64,000 nt of DNA from the human T2T-CHM13v2.0 reference genome, Homo sapiens, in the NCBI RefSeq assembly GCF_009914755.1, contig NC_060946.1, one strand, 5' to 3'. A program made the position numbers and the translations under genes. The notes beneath the pieces were generated by a model, which was not told where the DNA came from, ran no database searches, and saw nothing but the letters and a program-made list of their open reading frames with translations. Below are positions 61,315-64,000 of the stretch, piece by piece; the stretch's first letter is position 1, and each line of letters starts with the position of its first letter.

Positions 61315-62885
61315 ATGATAGCACACAGGTGCCGGACCCAGTCCAGGAGTGGCCACAAATGCAAGGGCTGCAGAAGAGGGGGAGATGAAGCTGGTGGCAG
61401 TGGTAGCAGCTGCTTCAGCTGGAAAGGGGCATCTGTTGCTTTCCAAAGTGGTTCACAGTTGAAATATCTGGCATAGATACTTCATCCTGCCTACCTTTCA
61501 TGACTAACTATATTTTCATTGCAATATATGCAGTCATAGTGAGAATACCTATTTCCTCCAGATACAAGCAAACGTGAAGGAAATGTGCTTTAGTGCTTTG
61601 GCCAACTTGACATGGCAGTCACAAAAAGAGGATGAATATCCAAAGACAACCTTTTCCAAAGATAAGGTTATTATACCGTTTATTGTAAATACTGGAAGTG
61701 CACAACAATCATTCAGACACCTGGGAAAATGACTTGACCAAATACAGTTGTGAAAACAATGAGTAAAGAAAGTGATATATTCTTGGTAAAAGAACCACTG
61801 GATCTAGTGAGTAAAGAACCAAAAGGAGATGACCCTAGATTGGAACTTTTAGACCAGGACCTTGGTAACATTGGTCCTGTTTATGCAACAAAAACAAAGC
61901 AATACCTTGTCTACCAGTGAGAATCTGAATGAGGGAACAGCAACAGGAAGCAGCAGAAAAAAGGAAAAGAAGCTCAGTGCAAACAGCTGAATGGGGAGAT
62001 CACAGGGACCACCAAGAAGGCCCAGGGTTTTCTGCTCAGTGCCTTCCCTCTCATACACCTTAGAGCACCCACTGAACAAAGATAACTACCAGTATATTCT
62101 AGCTGAGCCTGATCCCCACGCCCTTGGTCCTCAGAAGCTTGAACTTGACTGCTGGGCAAAATTCCTTATTCCTGGAGACCTCTACAGAGGCTGCTTGTAT
62201 GAACAGGTTTTGTTAGCCTGACATAATTGAGCTCCCCAGTTAAAAGTCTCCAATGACCTGCTGGCTGACTGTGGTTGAACAGAAGGTCTACTCTATGGTA
62301 CGGGATTCTCATGGGTTACCTTGATATCACCATGGATGAGATGCCACCAGACACTGCTGCCAGACTGGGTTGGTCCCAGTCTTTAGATAACTGTCAAGCT
62401 TCCTTAGTTTATGATAAGTTTAACTATTCTTGGGAGAATTAAAGGGAATGAAGTTCCACCAGTCCACTGGCAAACACTACTCTTCTAGCTATAGACAAGG
62501 AGACATCCTGGGATTTTATATGAATCTTCCTGAAGAAACAAAGACAGTCAAGTCATTGCCTGATACTTACAAAGATAAGGCCTTGATAAAGTTTAAGAAT
62601 TATTTGTGTTTTGAGGAAAAAGACTTTGTGACTGAAGCAGAGAAGAGCCTAAAAGAGACTTCCCACAGTGAGATAAGATTTTATAAAAATGGTGTTAGTC
62701 AAGGCATGGCTTACAAAGATATTTTCAAGGGGCTTTACTTTCCAGCAATCTTACCAGAAAACAACTGCATAATTTCCATGAACATTGGACTGTGCTTCAA
62801 GTATCCTCCAAAGGATCTCACTTACTGCCCTATGAGTGACATGGGCTGGGATGCTCTGGTAGAGCACACTCTGGCTGGTGTCTTG
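61315..62885 (+). pseudogene. Processed ASH2L pseudogene, with internal deletions and no 3' end
   Basis: Intronless homology to ASH2L ([69 protein letters not shown]); multiple stops and frameshifts. Confidence 0.92.
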
Positions 62886-63024
62886 GTGCTAGAAATGGAT
62901 TCAATCACTGGACAAGAAAGTCCTTCAGGGGCAAACATAAGGACACTGAGGGTCATCTTATTCTACCTGCCTTCTCTCCTTACTTGTATCCTAGGCCAGC
63001 CTATGCTAGCGCAACTGTCCACAG

Positions 63025-63090
63025 ATCTCTCTCTCTCTTTCTGTCTCTCTCTCGTGTGTGTGTATGTGTGTGTGTGTGTGCATGTGTGTA
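63025..63090. repeat. (CT)n-(GT)n microsatellite
   Basis: Directly visible in the sequence. Confidence 0.85.
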
Positions 63091-64000
63091 TCAAATGATC
63101 AAACATCTTCATTCAAAAGTCCAAGCCCTGCAGCATCATGAGACAGTGCTACCACACATGAAGAAAATGTTCAAAGGGCACCAAATAGAGATCGCATGAT
63201 CCAAAGTTATTTCTGATCCCAGAAAAGAATGGCACACAATCAATATGAATAGTATTAGATATCAAAATTATAGTACAATCTCATTTGTTTTTACCATAGA
63301 TTCAAACTCTCTTTAGCATATTGGAAAGCAGAATCCATGTTCTACTGATGCAATTCCCCTTGACCATCATGAAAGAATTGGACTGAAAGCAGGACATTTC
63401 TGAAGTCTCTGGAGGATACGTAACATGACTGTTGGAGGGAATGCACATAGGAAGAGGTAGTGAATTATGTGTCAAGTGCCCCAACAAAAGGCTGTCAGTG
63501 TTTGTCTCTGACACATTGTTGGGGAGAAAGGTGGAGTCACAGGACACACTGCCATGGGACCCACGAGACTTGATCCTACATCCCACAGCGGGCAGCCTGC
63601 ATCAACGTGGTCATGCAGGGATAGAAACACAGCCACAGAAAGCTTTCACCTGCCCAAGCAGCATCTCCCAAGAGCCAGCATGGGTGCTGTCTCTGCTCTG
63701 CTTCTTCCTGGACTGTGTCTCAGAGCCCTGAGTTCTCCCTCACCCAGTTTCCCAATCCCCCTCTTCTCCACTGGTTACCAGGGGTTAGGGGAGTGGGGAG
63801 GGGAAATAAACGTTTAAAGGGTACAAACTTTTCACTTGGGATGATGAGAAAGTTATGGAAATTCATAATGGTGATGACTGTATCACTTTTTTTTCAGAGG
63901 TGGTAACTTGCTCTGTTGCCCAGGCTGGAGTGCAGTGGTACAATGATAGCTCACTGCATCCTTGAACTCTTGGGTCTAGGCAAGCCTCCTGCCTCAGACT

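Overview
Human genomic DNA from the immunoglobulin lambda variable cluster (IGL, 22q11.2), identified from three V segments with leader exons and 23-bp RSSs: IGLV5-52, IGLV1-51 and the ORF-class IGLV1-50. The left part (about 6.4-36 kb) is a mosaic of sequence types typical of pericentromeric/subtelomeric segmental duplications. In order these are a ~2.8 kb CATTT/CATCT satellite, ~5.4 kb of CAGGG repeat, a TAR1-type CpG island carrying TERRA-promoter-like 37-bp and 29-bp repeats, and eight exons of an unprocessed BMS1 pseudogene (BMS1P20). The window begins inside a young minus-strand L1PA with a complete 5' UTR and an open ORF0. It ends with a nested L1PA-in-L1M and a processed ASH2L pseudogene. 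There is no prokaryotic-type system or CRISPR array. The most interesting points are hypotheses about the architecture: (i) a telomere-type promoter with a splice donor feeding orphan BMS1 exons that lack a terminal exon and point into IGLV acceptors; (ii) a switch-region-like G-rich array downstream of an L1 antisense promoter inside an Ig locus. Repeat subfamily names are by eye and approximate.
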